DNA of 63,991 bases, the filler included, from Porpidia crustulata (taxonomy: Eukaryota), in the NCBI GenBank assembly GCA_964255105.1. It is 4 parts of 4 records of this genome, joined end to end, with 100 filler letters (N's around TTAATTAATTAA, not from the genome) between each part and the next. Parts side by side here need not be neighbours in the genome. Positions count along the whole stretch, not along the records: positions 32,454 to 48,560 come from CAXUWE010000272.1; positions 48,661 to 63,991 come from CAXUWE010000320.1; 2 more parts are not named here. One strand, written 5' to 3'. This document shows, one piece after another, positions 37,472-49,087 of the stretch. The first letter of the stretch is position 1, and each line of letters starts with the position of its first letter. The translations under genes were made by a program, and so were the position numbers. Under the pieces are notes generated by a model. The model had not been told where the DNA came from, did not search any database, and worked only from the letters and a program-made list of their open reading frames with translations.

Positions 37472-40400
37472 TCACTTGACAGGCGATAGTGAAGGGTACG
37501 ACCTGCTTGTGCCAGGTGGATTGAATAGCTCTGAGGTCTTCGAATCTTTTGCGCTTACGGGATCCGCGATGACTGCTGTCGCTGGGCTAGGAGTAGTGGT
37601 GTTTGTGTGGTCGATCGTATCGGATTCGTCGACTTCTGCTTTGAACTTTTTGGTAGCTACTGGCGCATCTGCTGTTGGCGCATCTTCATCTGCTTGGCGC
37701 TCGGATACTGGTTCGCGCTTGATAGTAGTATTGGACGCTGAACCTTGTCTGGACGGAGAATATGGAGGAACACTCTCATCAAGGTCTTTTGCAACTGAAC
37801 CAGATTGGTCTATATCCTCCTCTTCGCCAGTTTGCTCAGCCTCATCTTCGTCTTCTTCCTCGTCGTCTTCCACCTCCAGCCCAGCAACCTTTTTGAAGAG
37901 CTTGTCAGCCCTATCAATCTTGCTCATAACCTTTTTTCGCATCAACCTCTGCGCTTTTGGCAGAAGTTCGCCCTGAGGTAGATCGTTTCCACCGAGCACT
38001 GAGCGATAGTCACGGCGCACCGCGAGGAAAATCTCGTCGGTTTTCTCGTCCATGGTCTTCTGTACATCTTTCACCATTCCCTGGAGAAGATGTCGAACCT
38101 CGTCTGCGGAACGTTGAAACATCACATGTCGTTGTTGCTCAATGTGACCATTCAAGGCTGCTTTCATACGCATGTAACTCCCAGTACCTGGAAAGCCATT
38201 AGCAACGGCACCTTTGCAGTCAGGCCATTGTCATACCGCTTTCGTTTGTGCATGCCTCATATGCCCATAGCATATCTTGCTCAATCACTGGAGTAAATTG
38301 GCGATTGATTTCTTTCTGAGATGCATTGACCAGTGCCTTTGCGGCAGTGGAGATGTTTTCAAGAATATTCTTATAAGCTTGAAGCTGTTGCTGCAACATC
38401 GAAAGGCCAGCGACGCTGGCGCCGACCTTCCGAGCTCGATTGTCGATATCGCGGTGAAAGTCGTTCAGCAGTTTGAAGGCATTACGAGCGAAACCAGCCA
38501 TTACTGTAGGTGATCGGCGGGAGAAAGTCCTACACTATCATTAGTGATTGACCATTAGGACCACTGCTCGAGAGACTTACTTCTCCCATCCTGCAGACAA
38601 GATCTTCATCATTGGTTCGATTCTAGGAGTAATTAGGATCATCGAAAGCCTACAATGCCTTTAAGCGATCTCATGAGGTCTCGTACAGTTGATCATTCCA
38701 TTCATATGGGCCTTGAGCGTTTGCATAATGTCCATTGCGTCGACATATTGCTTTGTAGGTCCCGTAGTATAGTCCACCCGCCGGGCGGTCATCCCGATTT
38801 ACTTCTGAGTTTGATCAGCTGGGAAAAGTTTGCAGTGGACCATCAGGAGCTAAGCTTACTGGCCCCCCATCCATGCGCAGTGTTGCTTGCTTCATTGGCT
38901 GCATTAAGGACCGCCATCGCTGGATTTCAGTCAGCTACAAGTGGCCAGGCTAACAGCGCACGGAAGGCTTTGAAAGTACCATATGTCTCGAAGATGTTAT
39001 CTGTGAGTTCCTCTGTGAGTTCTTTACACGTTCTTTCAACAACCTTGTCGAGCCCCTGAGTTTAGAATATTAGCCAAGTGCATTATAACGACTACGACAT
39101 ACGAGCGAACACGCAAACGATTCTGGTACCATCGGACCCTGACTGATGAGGACATGACGATCACGAAGGATTTCCTACTGTAAACGAAGGTCCCCTGGAC
39201 TTACACTCTCAAGTTTCTTGAAACCCCCTTCAAGATACCTTTCTTCCCGAGCCCGTTGCTCTGGTGACATATTCGCACCTGAACCATCGCTAGAAGCCAA
39301 TAAAGACAAGGAATTCAGCAGCTGGGAGAGGTTGTTGAGGAACCTCTTGCAGTTCTCCGTCCGACCTGCCTCGGTAAGTTTTTGGCAGTGAGCTTGAAGT
39401 TGAGGTATCTCAGTCTCCTCAATTTTCTTGAATCCTGGAACAGAGGGATCTTTACGCAGTCGCCCTTGCAGCTTCTGGTAACCGCGAGAGGATACACAGA
39501 ACACTGGTAGATTAGAAGCAACCTCGTCATAGTCGCGGGCTTCATTGTCTGGATTAAAGTTTTCCTCGTCTTCTTCAGCAGCTAACTCTTGGTCAAGCTC
39601 TTTGATCCCAGCGGCATAATCTTGCTGTATAGCGCCCTTTGAGTATTGATTTCTACCAGCAATGCAAAGTGCAGCCATGTCTGCCTGAATCTTCTTCTCT
39701 TTCCTTTCGGCTTCACTGATCTCTGTGCGCATTACTTTAATCTTATTGTCGAGCTCAATCCTCTGCCTCCTTGATTCTTTCTTGGTCGTTTTGAGACCGT
39801 TAAGTTTCGCAGTCACTTGCTCCTCATCTAAAGGTTCGCCCTGGGGTTGCTCTGCTGGTTCTTCTTCATCTGAAGCTTCATCCATGACATCCTCGTCTCG
39901 GCAGTCATTATCATCCATATCTTCATCGTCGGCACTCGATCGACGCCGTCGCTTCCTAGGCTTTAAAGACTCGCTACCTTTGCGCTTCTTAGACTCAGTG
40001 AACGGTGCAAATACCGTCTTTCCAGACTTCAAGTCGTCTCCCAAGCCTTCCCACAGATCAATCTGCTCATCAGCATCGTTGAGAACTTCACCGTAGATAG
40101 TCTTTGCGTCTTTTAGTTCATCGAGTTCTTTGCACAAAGATTTCTGCTTTTTGTTTAGAGCATCTATCTCTTCCCAGCAGGGGCCCATCTGATCATTGAG
40201 ATCGAGCGATTCTTGAGCTTCCATCAAGCTGATATCATCGGTCTTGCTGCAGATGAAGGTCACCCTGATCGCTGTCAGCATAGCCTTGTGGCTGCAACTA
40301 TCGAGAAGCATACAAGCCAAATCCCCCGTCCATCTTCAACTGACGCTTGAATGATTCACCCAGGAGCGACTTCGCGGCTTTATCATCAACTGCACGGTTA

Positions 40401-42484
40401 ATAGGAGCTACAATCCACAAACCAGTACACTGCACCATGTAACCCTGAGCGACTGCAGCACGGGCAGCATTTGCGTCGTGTACACCTGGCAAATCGACAA
40501 TGACAGCGCCAGTTGATAACGCCGATGATTTCACATATATCCTATTGGCAGTCAGCAATATTCTGCGACTGGACTAAATTGCGGATGTCATACTTCACAA
40601 CGCGAATCAGGGGCCAGAACTCCATATCCCTCGGCTCTTTCTTCTTGTCTTTGTCCTTATCACCTGTAGTTTTCTCCTTACCATCTACAAAATGTTGAAG
40701 TCGCTTGTAAAAGCAAAGCGCGTCTGCCTCTGCGATTTTCCTGCTCTGGCCGAGAATATGAGATACTTCCTGTAACATTTTCGGAATACTGCTCTTCGCA
40801 ATATCATCTTTGGTCTTTTTGGGATACACCGCTTTGATTTTCGCATACGCAATGCCAGCATCTGTGTCTTGATTAGTGCAATCTCTCGAGACCTTACCCT
40901 CACTGTCTAGAAGATCGTCAAATAATGTCTTTAATTCCTTTTCCCAATCTGCCGGCGCGATGAATTCTACCTCCGCTCGGTATGGAATGTCGCCATTGTT
41001 GTATGAGATCTCCGTAACTACGGCCGTGCAAGCACGCATACAATTTGTAGGCACCAAGCGTTCCTCATCAAGCATTGCATTGATGACAGAGGACTTTCCA
41101 GCACCCGTGTTACCAACCACTCCGATTATGGTTTTGGTTTTCTTTGCTTGCTTTCGCAGGGTGTCTGAGGATGAGTAAGACTCTCCGTGCTTCTAGACAG
41201 AAGTGCATCTCACCAATTTGCTGGATCCACTGGCCAGCATCAGAGCTACCTTCCGCTTTTTCCAGCATGGGTGCCCTCAGATCTCCAAGCAATTTGACGC
41301 CCTGTTCAACACCGCGTTCAAGCACTTCAGGTGAGGCATCTTTGAGCAGGTTCTGAAGTTGGAAGAATTGTTGCTTCGGTAATTCAGTCTCGGCCGAGTA
41401 AATGGCAATCTCTTCAAGCCTAGGATTCTTCTTAATATTCGGCTCAGCTTTGGGCGCTGGTGGTACAATTTGCGTATCTCCGGTGGCTCGAGCACCTGCC
41501 TCCCAAGCAGCTCGTTGGCTGGGAACCATGCATGCCCATGAGTAATTCAGCCAGTCTTGAAGCGTTTCTGCAAAATTTAATGGAAACCATAGCGTGAGGT
41601 CATCGGACGACTTACGATCAGGCAAACGGTGTAAGGCAACGCGATTCTCTGCTATATGCGTCTCACAGTAGAATTCAAAAGCATTGGAGGCAATGATGGG
41701 TGAGATTATCGGCTGTAGGCGAGGTTCTTCATCGGTCGAAGCTGGCATGATGTTGCTCGTACCTGGAATCATACCTTGCGTGCCCGGAATCATGCCTTGC
41801 GCTTGAACATTGGCCATCGAACCTGGAGCTAGGTTTGGGGATGAATAGATACTAGGTCCGCAGCTTTGCACACTGTCTTGAGCAAAGCGATTCATAGCAT
41901 TGGATTTGTGATCCTGACCTCGCGCAGATGAACGAGGATTCGCTTGAGGTACCAATCCAGCATTTTCGTCACGCAATTCGCGCTTCGCAACGGAATTCTC
42001 GGATCCTGGCACGAAAAGAGCTGGGGGATCTTTCATTGGAGTAAGGTCTTTTTTGAGGGCTTGATAGTTACTTGGTTGGAGTGGTTGGCGCTCAACAGTC
42101 ATTCGCGATGGTATTTTTGATTTCTTAACGGCTTCAAACGCAATGACACGGTCTTTGTATGTGTCCAGCTCCCCCATTGACGTTGGTCCATTAGCTATTG
42201 TGGACCCAATCTTGAGGACAAATTCTTACTTGGACGAGAGTCTCTTCGCATATTGTTCATGGATGATTTTGACCGTTATTTTCTACCGAAAGTCAGCAGG
42301 GTGATGCGCAGCGAGATACGGCGAGAGACTGTACCGCATGGCACTTGACCCAAAGAAAGTCTTCTTCGGCCTTTGCACCATCAGGATACTTCTCAATCTT
42401 TAGCACAGCTGCCCAAATTGTTGAGGGCTTCGATGGCTGGTTGGGCTTCACTGCAACCGTCTTGGCATGAAGCGAATCTGGCAT
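37472..42484 (-). CDS. Dynamin-like GTPase of the SLIP-GC/NUGGC family, multi-exon
   Basis: G1 GNTGAGKSSVINAML, G2 PTNCMRACTAV, G3 VDLPG, G4 FICSKTD, EFWPLIRVV, PVFCVSSRGYQKL, YGTYKAICRRNG; GTPase and C-terminal exons splice in frame. 5' exons are less certain. Confidence 0.9.
41759..41800. repeat. 21-bp in-frame tandem duplication (QGMIPGT x2)
   Basis: gtacctggaatcataccttgc / gtgcccggaatcatgccttgc. Confidence 0.8.
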
Positions 42485-43381
42485 CTTGGTGAACAGGAGG
42501 TTGAGCTGTAGAATGATCTTTCATGGGTTAGGTATAATATGGTATTTTGCTTCACCCTGACGCGTTTTAGTGCTCGCGGATACGTACACACGTGATATTC
42601 ACAACTGTAGGGTCGCCATCTCGACGCGAGATTAGTAATAATTTTAATTGATAATGAAAAAATCATTGTAATATAATTCCGTAGATTCGTAAATAGTAAT
42701 AGTATGCAATCTTAACTTAAATTGGACCACGTCGTGCACGTCCAACCACTCCGCCCTCACGTGCAACAAATTCTCCGGCGGAGTGCCTGCATTACGCAGT
42801 TTTCATGCATAACGCAGGAGATTGAAGTTTGACACCTTTAGCAGCCTCACAAGAGCACACTTCCACTCAATGAACACACACTCAACCTCTACGAATTCTC
42901 GAGACAGAAGGCCTCTTGGATGTTTAGTCCGTTTGTTGTCTTGCAAAGTGACCTTGACCGATGTTCGAAGACTTATGCTGCTGGATCTTGTCCTCAGCCG
43001 CGAGACTACATAACTCGATTGCGATTTACTCCGCATGCATCAGCAAAGAAACTCCGGGTAGGCGTAGATAGTAACTCGCTACATGACATTGGAGAATCTA
43101 CTGACATTATCACGCAAAAGTGAAGCTTCTTATTGGTGTCTACAAAACACTTGCTCGATCGGAAACCAACTGGCGCATCTCGAACTGCTGAATCAGGCGA
43201 CTTCACGTGCAATTTGTCAAAGCAGTGAAGGCGATTGACCAAAGAGATCAAAGAGACCAATGAATAGAATTCGGTAAGCAGGTTTAATCTACTAAGCTCG
43301 TTGCCTGCCTTCGAGTTGAACTCATATCACTTTGTCGCACTGAGTCAATGCGGTGGATGAGACCATGCCGTCTTGCCCATC

Positions 43382-45228
43382 ATGATTCTTGAGTTTCTCA
43401 ATCATGTCTACGTAGAAGCAGCTTCCGTCTACCATACAGCAGACAACTATTGCATAGGGTGCATTACTGGTATTGCATTTGGACTGGGCAGCCTTATGCT
43501 CTGGCGGCTATGGAAATTCTCGTTCGTCCCTCGTTGGAGGCCTTTGGAGCCCAGAGAGCTGCCTTACTGGGTTCCTTGTAAGCTGATGTCTTCGCTGAAG
43601 ATAATGTCCGAAATTGCATGCTAATGGACTTCCTCAGTTCTTGGTGATGCCTCCTTGATACATGGCAGCAGATTTCCGCTAACAGCGCGATATGATCCAA
43701 AGGCCATACTATGGCTTTTTTTAAAAGACTTCCAAGCGCTACTGGGGTATGGAAGGTATGCATATCGCCTAGCCCGTACGGCGTCGACCAGATTGTGTTT
43801 TCATTCCATCACCCTTGTACAGTTCGCTAGTAACTTGGATACCGTCCAGGAAATACTTTGACGACACCCAAGGACCGTTCTCCATCCCCGTTGGTGGAAC
43901 CCTTCTTCATATCATTGCATCTCCTTAGGATATGTTGTTGGTATACAAAAATACGTCGAGCCTGTCCTTCGAAAGCTTTATCCGTGATCTCCACATTGCT
44001 TTCGAGATGTCCGCAGAGGGTGTCGATCTTATGTGGAGCACGTTGGCCACAACACCATCGTCAAAAGAACCTATATAAAAGTGCTTGGTACACCTGGGGA
44101 GCGACGTTCATAGGAAACAGCTACATCCTGGTGATTATCTGGACGATTTGACCAAGCAATTCCTCACAGAGATTGAGCAAAGACTTCTATGGAAGAACAT
44201 ACGAGATATGCCTATAGCATCGCCCAGCGGAGAGACGGATGGAGTAACATTGTCACTGTACGATTGGTGTGCGAATGTACTAGTCAGTGCAGCTACTGCA
44301 GCGTTCTTCGGCAAATCTCTGTTGAAGACTCATCCTGATCTGGTGCAAGAATTTAATGCCTTCGATGACGATAGCTGGATGCTGACGTATCACTATCCAC
44401 GTTTCCTTACTCGGAATGTGTATTCCGCTAAAAACAAAATTACAGAGGCTCTTATGCAATATCTCCAACTACCGCTCCCTGAACGTTCTGGAGCTTGCTA
44501 TCATGTTAGAACCCAAGAGGCAGGCCAGCGGGAAGCAGGTCTGAGCGACAGAGATATCGCTATTGTCCTCCAAATGTTCCATTGGGTGTAAGCTCTAGAA
44601 CGCGAGTTCGCAACTTTCCGCTTACGAAAACTAGTACCTACGTCAATGCTTTCAAGATCTGTTTCTGGTTACTGTCTTACCTTTCATTTGATCCTGACCG
44701 TTTGCAAGCGATCCGCGCCGAGACACGTTCAAGCATTAGTGACGATAAGGTCGATATCGAACAACTACTCAAATGCCCACTTTTAAGCGCTGCTTTCGAT
44801 GAAACCCTACGTCTTGCATCTGCCGCTTCTTCCGCTCGGACCGTACTTGCCCCTACACAGATCGGAGGGAAATGCTATGGCCAGGTTCCAAGCTACTCAT
44901 GCCTTATCGCCAGCTGCACTTCGACGAAGGGGTCTTCGGCTCACGGGTAGAAGAGTTTGACCCTCAGAGGTTCATTGAGAATCCTGAACTCGGGCGGAGC
45001 CAGAGCTTCAAGCCATTTGGTGGTGGAGTGACCTACTGCTCCGGGAGATTCATTGCAAGACGAGAGGTGATTTCATTTGTTGCGCTAGTGGTGCATCGGT
45101 ATCACTTGGAATTGAAGGATCCAAATCAAGGGTTTCCGAGACAGGATGGCAAAAAGCCGACTTTGGGAGTAATAGGCCCTGTGAAAGGGGACAATGTCAT
45201 TCTGGTCGTCAAACCAATAAGGCTATAA
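43382..45228 (+). pseudogene. Cytochrome P450 pseudogene, CYP7/CYP8-like fungal group
   Basis: N-terminal TM, PYWVP|FL|GH, ExxR (FDETLRL), FDPQRF, heme motif FGGGVTYCSG. In-frame TAG 43926-43928 and TAA 44076-44078; frameshifts at about 43716-43726 and 44870-44872. Confidence 0.88.
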
Positions 45229-46328
45229 AGTGTCTAGACAGTATGTTGCTCAGCTTCACCAGCAAAAGTAGAAAATAGGCGATACCGAATAATTCCGTAC
45301 TTGATTAATTGTGACAATGATTACAAAGGCAGACCCTCATTTTCTTCTCTCAGTGATTCTTTACGTTAAAGGTTCAAATAACAATTTACTTTACGTATGT
45401 AATCAAAGCTTTTGTCTATATGATTGAACCAAAAAGAATCAGACGTGTAAATAAATCAGATGCTATTGTTCATTGTTGTAAAAGTATCTTCTATGTACAC
45501 GTCGTTGGGATATCTGTCTCAAGAGAAGTCCGCATATTACAAACCACGTAATAAACAATCAAAATAATTTATATTTCATTGCTTGCGGCATCAGGGTTTC
45601 GCAGCTTTGCCAAGCTCGCGTGGCTGGCTAAACACTACATGATCAACATTTATTTTCCGCTCAGGGCCAAGCTCCCAAGAGATTAAAAGCTGTGGTACTA
45701 AAAGTCTTCGACTTCGAGAAATCCTCGCCACAGACTCGATTTTTGTGTTATCACGTTGTGCATTCGAGGTGGACAGTTCCTTTGGAATCAAAAGCATCGG
45801 ACATTGCGCTTGATTTAATCTTCGTCTTTACTCAGAGGGCGTGGTAGATTTAAGGCACTCTACCAATTTCTCGTTCGGCTTGGCTGTGAGAGTGGGGCTG
45901 ACTTGATAGGCTGATACGCCATTTGTTAGGTTGGCACATTGGCTGAAGGAGAAATCGAATCGCAGTCGGGGTCTCAGAATAGCAATCCGTGATGATCCTC
46001 TAACTCTCTTCACTCTTAGCGTGTCTCCTTTCTGAAAATGTGCGGCCCTACCCTAATTTGCACCTCTCACTCTATCCTACCCCCTTCCTCTCCCCTTCCT
46101 TCCAACTCTCTTTATCAACATTTTGCAAGTTTGCAACTTCTTTATTTTAATCATTTTCTGAACCAGGCCGACACTCGTTCAACGGCTTATTCCTTGAGAT
46201 CCAACTACTTCAAGTCACTCATTACACCACATTTCGAAGCCTTTTCTTTTGCCCCCACCATAATTACGATCCAAAACCGCGTCAACAATAACATCATCCT
46301 CATCTTACCCTCCCAACCGTAATTCAAG

Positions 46329-47779
46329 ATGAAGAATGTTGCATTAGCCTCCGTGGTGCTCGGCACTGCCACTGCTTGGGCGGCACTACCGGCGGTCACA
46401 GTCAAGGGGAATGCGTTCTTTGCAGGCAATCAACGATTTTTCATCCGTGGAATTGATTATCAGCCGGGTGGAGAATCACAATCCGCTGATCCACTAGCTG
46501 ATCTCAATTCCTGCTCACGAGACATCAAAGAGTGAGTTGTCGGCGAAGACGATGACCTCCATCAAAGGTTGCTAACTCCAAGGGCACCAGGTTTCAAAAG
46601 TTGGGCGTTAATACCGTTCGAATTTACACCATTGACAATAGCAAGAACCATGATGCTTGTATGTCTGCACTCGACGCTGCTGGAATCTACCTTGCCCTAG
46701 ATGTCAACTCACCACATTACGCCATCCGACGAGATAAACCAGCTCCATCGTACAACCATTTCTACCTTCAAAATGTATTCGCTACGATTGATGAGTTCCA
46801 AAAGTACAACAATACTCTTCTTTTCTTCTCCGGAAACGAAAACATCAACAGTGTCGACACCAGCGCGTGTGCCCCGTATGTCAAGGCTGTTACCCGTGAT
46901 ATGAAGCAGTACATTGGAACCCGCAATTATCGTAAAATCCCTGTTGGATATTCCGGTGCTGATGTCGATGACAATCGCCTCGAGCTTGCGCACTACATGA
47001 ATTGTGGCACCGACGATGAGCGAGGAGACTTCTTTGGGTTCAACGACTACTCCTGGTGTGACCATTCCGACTTCATAACGTCATCTTGGGCGAGAAAAGT
47101 CAACGATTTCAAGGACTTTTCCGTGCCAATCTTGTAGGTTCATGAAAACCTTCCAAGCCCTTCCAACACTAATCACACGTCCAGCCTGTCCGAATACGGT
47201 TGCACCAAAACCGCCCGCAACTTCGAAGAAGTCGCCACCCTTTACTCGAGCCAAATGACTTCCGTCTACTCCGGCGGCCTCGTCTACGAATACACCGTCG
47301 AAGCCGACGAAACGCAGAAGAAATTCGGTCTCGTCAAAGTCAACAGCGACGGCACCCTCACCGAACAGCCGGATTTCCAGACCGTCGTCAACGCCTTTAA
47401 GAACACCCCCATGCCCACCGGCGACAACGGATACAAATCCAGCGGATCCGCCAGCCAGTGCCCACCGCAATCCAAGACCTTCCTCGTCGGCAACGACACC
47501 CTCCCCGCCATCCCGCCGTTGGCCAAGGATTTCTTCAAGAATGGTCCCGGCCCGGGCGTTGGGCTCGCCGGTACCGGTTCTATCGACTTGGGTGCCGAGA
47601 GCCCTGGCTCTGCGACTGCGGGCTCCGGATCGGTCTCGTCCACTGCGGCTGGCTCATCCTCCAGCTCCACCGGCAAGAGCGCTGCCGGCTCCCTCCATTC
47701 CGCCGAGATGACTTTCGCGCCGGTCGTATGTGGGCTCATCGTTATGCTTTCGAGCATGGTGGGCGCAACGCTTTTGTGA
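46329..47779 (+). CDS. gel1: GPI-anchored 1,3-beta-glucanosyltransferase, GH72 without CBM43 (Gel1/Gas5 type), 3 exons
   Basis: Signal peptide, FFIRGIDYQPGG, LGVNTVRIYTIDNSKNHDACM, FFSGNE, FNDYSWC, LSEYGC, YSGGLVYEY; Ser-rich tail and hydrophobic GPI signal. Family is certain; the gel1 orthology is less so. Confidence 0.92.
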
Positions 47780-48153
47780 AGGGGGGTTTGTTTGTAATTT
47801 TGAAGGGGAAAAATTGCAAAGCCATAGGCATTCAGCGGTGTATGACCATTTCTTGCGCTGGGGTTGTACCTCCGTCGAGTATATTATGTTTTCACTGTCT
47901 TTCGCTGAGATACATCGTTGTTGTTTTGGGAACTGGGCTCTGTCCAATCGACATGGCAATGGCAAACTCGGTCACGCTTAGAATTATGCTTTTTGTGAGA
48001 TGTTTGCTATTATCGTGAGATGAGATTCAGGCTCTGAGAATCATATAGATTACTTGTAAATTCGACTGATTCTTGCCAGATAAGCCAAAAAAACCGCTTG
48101 ACAAAACAGAACTGCCGGTGAGAGCAAAATCTAAGAACCCCATGTTTTAATCT

Positions 48154-48560
48154 CTAGAACCCATCATCCACACCCGCCTCCTTCTCTTCCTCCAACCTCT
48201 CCCGATTGTACGCCCACCACCACTGATGACTCTCATCCCCGCCCCCCTGCCCGGGCGACTCGTCCCACGGCTTCGGACTGAGTATGTAATGCACGTTCTT
48301 GACCTCCCCGTCGTGCCAGATGGGCGCGTGCACATCGGGCCAGCGCAGCGTCTTGAGCGCGTTGTAGACGTACGGCAGGGCGACCCAGCGGCCGTGGAAG
48401 AGGTCGGACAGCAGGGATTGGTCGGCGAAGTCGTAGCTGGAGATGGCGGCGGAAGTGGTGATGTGGGTGAGGATCTGGTCGTAGAGGGCGGCGGAGGGAT
48501 TGACGACTTGGAGGCCGCCGTTGGGCATGCCGAGGCCGGTGGTGGGGTGAGCGCCGTGGG
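48154..48560 (-). CDS. Glycosyltransferase family 8 protein, 3' part only (cut by contig end)
   Basis: NGGLQVVNPS, FADQSLLSDLF, LPYVYNALK, VKNVHYILSPKPW. Confidence 0.9.
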
Positions 48561-48660
48561 NNNNNNNNNNNNNNNNNNNNNNNNNNNNNNNNNNNNNNNN
48601 NNNNTTAATTAATTAANNNNNNNNNNNNNNNNNNNNNNNNNNNNNNNNNNNNNNNNNNNN
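48561..48660. other. Artificial contig linker
   Basis: N44-TTAATTAATTAA-N44. Confidence 0.98.
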
Positions 48661-49087
48661 GAAGGAATTCTAAATGATAGGAAGCGGTAGGGAGGGATCT
48701 TAGTACCGCCCGTGCGTGTATCTCAACTTCTCTTCCTCGATAGATCAGACGTGGTAATCTATCTGTATATATCAAGCCGCTACCGATTTCAGACTCAAGA
48801 TCCGGAGGAGTATGATGCCATTACTACTAATCATAGTCTTCCATGATAGGAAAAGACATTTGAGCTATTTGGAAGGTGAGGGGATTACGATGTTCACAGG
48901 AAGGCATGGATTTATCTAAGCACTTTCAATCCAAAAGCTCGATGTCTTCTTCTACAACCATACGTTGTCATTTTGCTATACTCAAATTACGAAACACACA
49001 GCCATGCAAGAAACCCCAGAACCACAAAAGCCCAAATAACTCAAGGAAATCTACCCAAAAAGGTAATGACAGTATGACGGTATCCGC

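Noticed and set aside
39134..39193. Hammerhead-ribozyme-like CTGATGAG..GAA on the + strand inside the GTPase intron
   Set aside because: Stem II does not pair cleanly, GAAA is GAAG, stem I is not adjacent to a cleavage triplet, and it is antisense to the transcript.
46038..46322. 94-aa uORF ending just before gel1
   Set aside because: Its ATG lies upstream of the CT-rich tract where transcription probably starts, and its composition is that of a leader sequence.
43382..48560. P450 + GH72 + GT8 as a biosynthetic gene cluster
   Set aside because: No backbone enzyme, transporter or regulator; the P450 is a pseudogene and GH72 is a housekeeping cell-wall gene.
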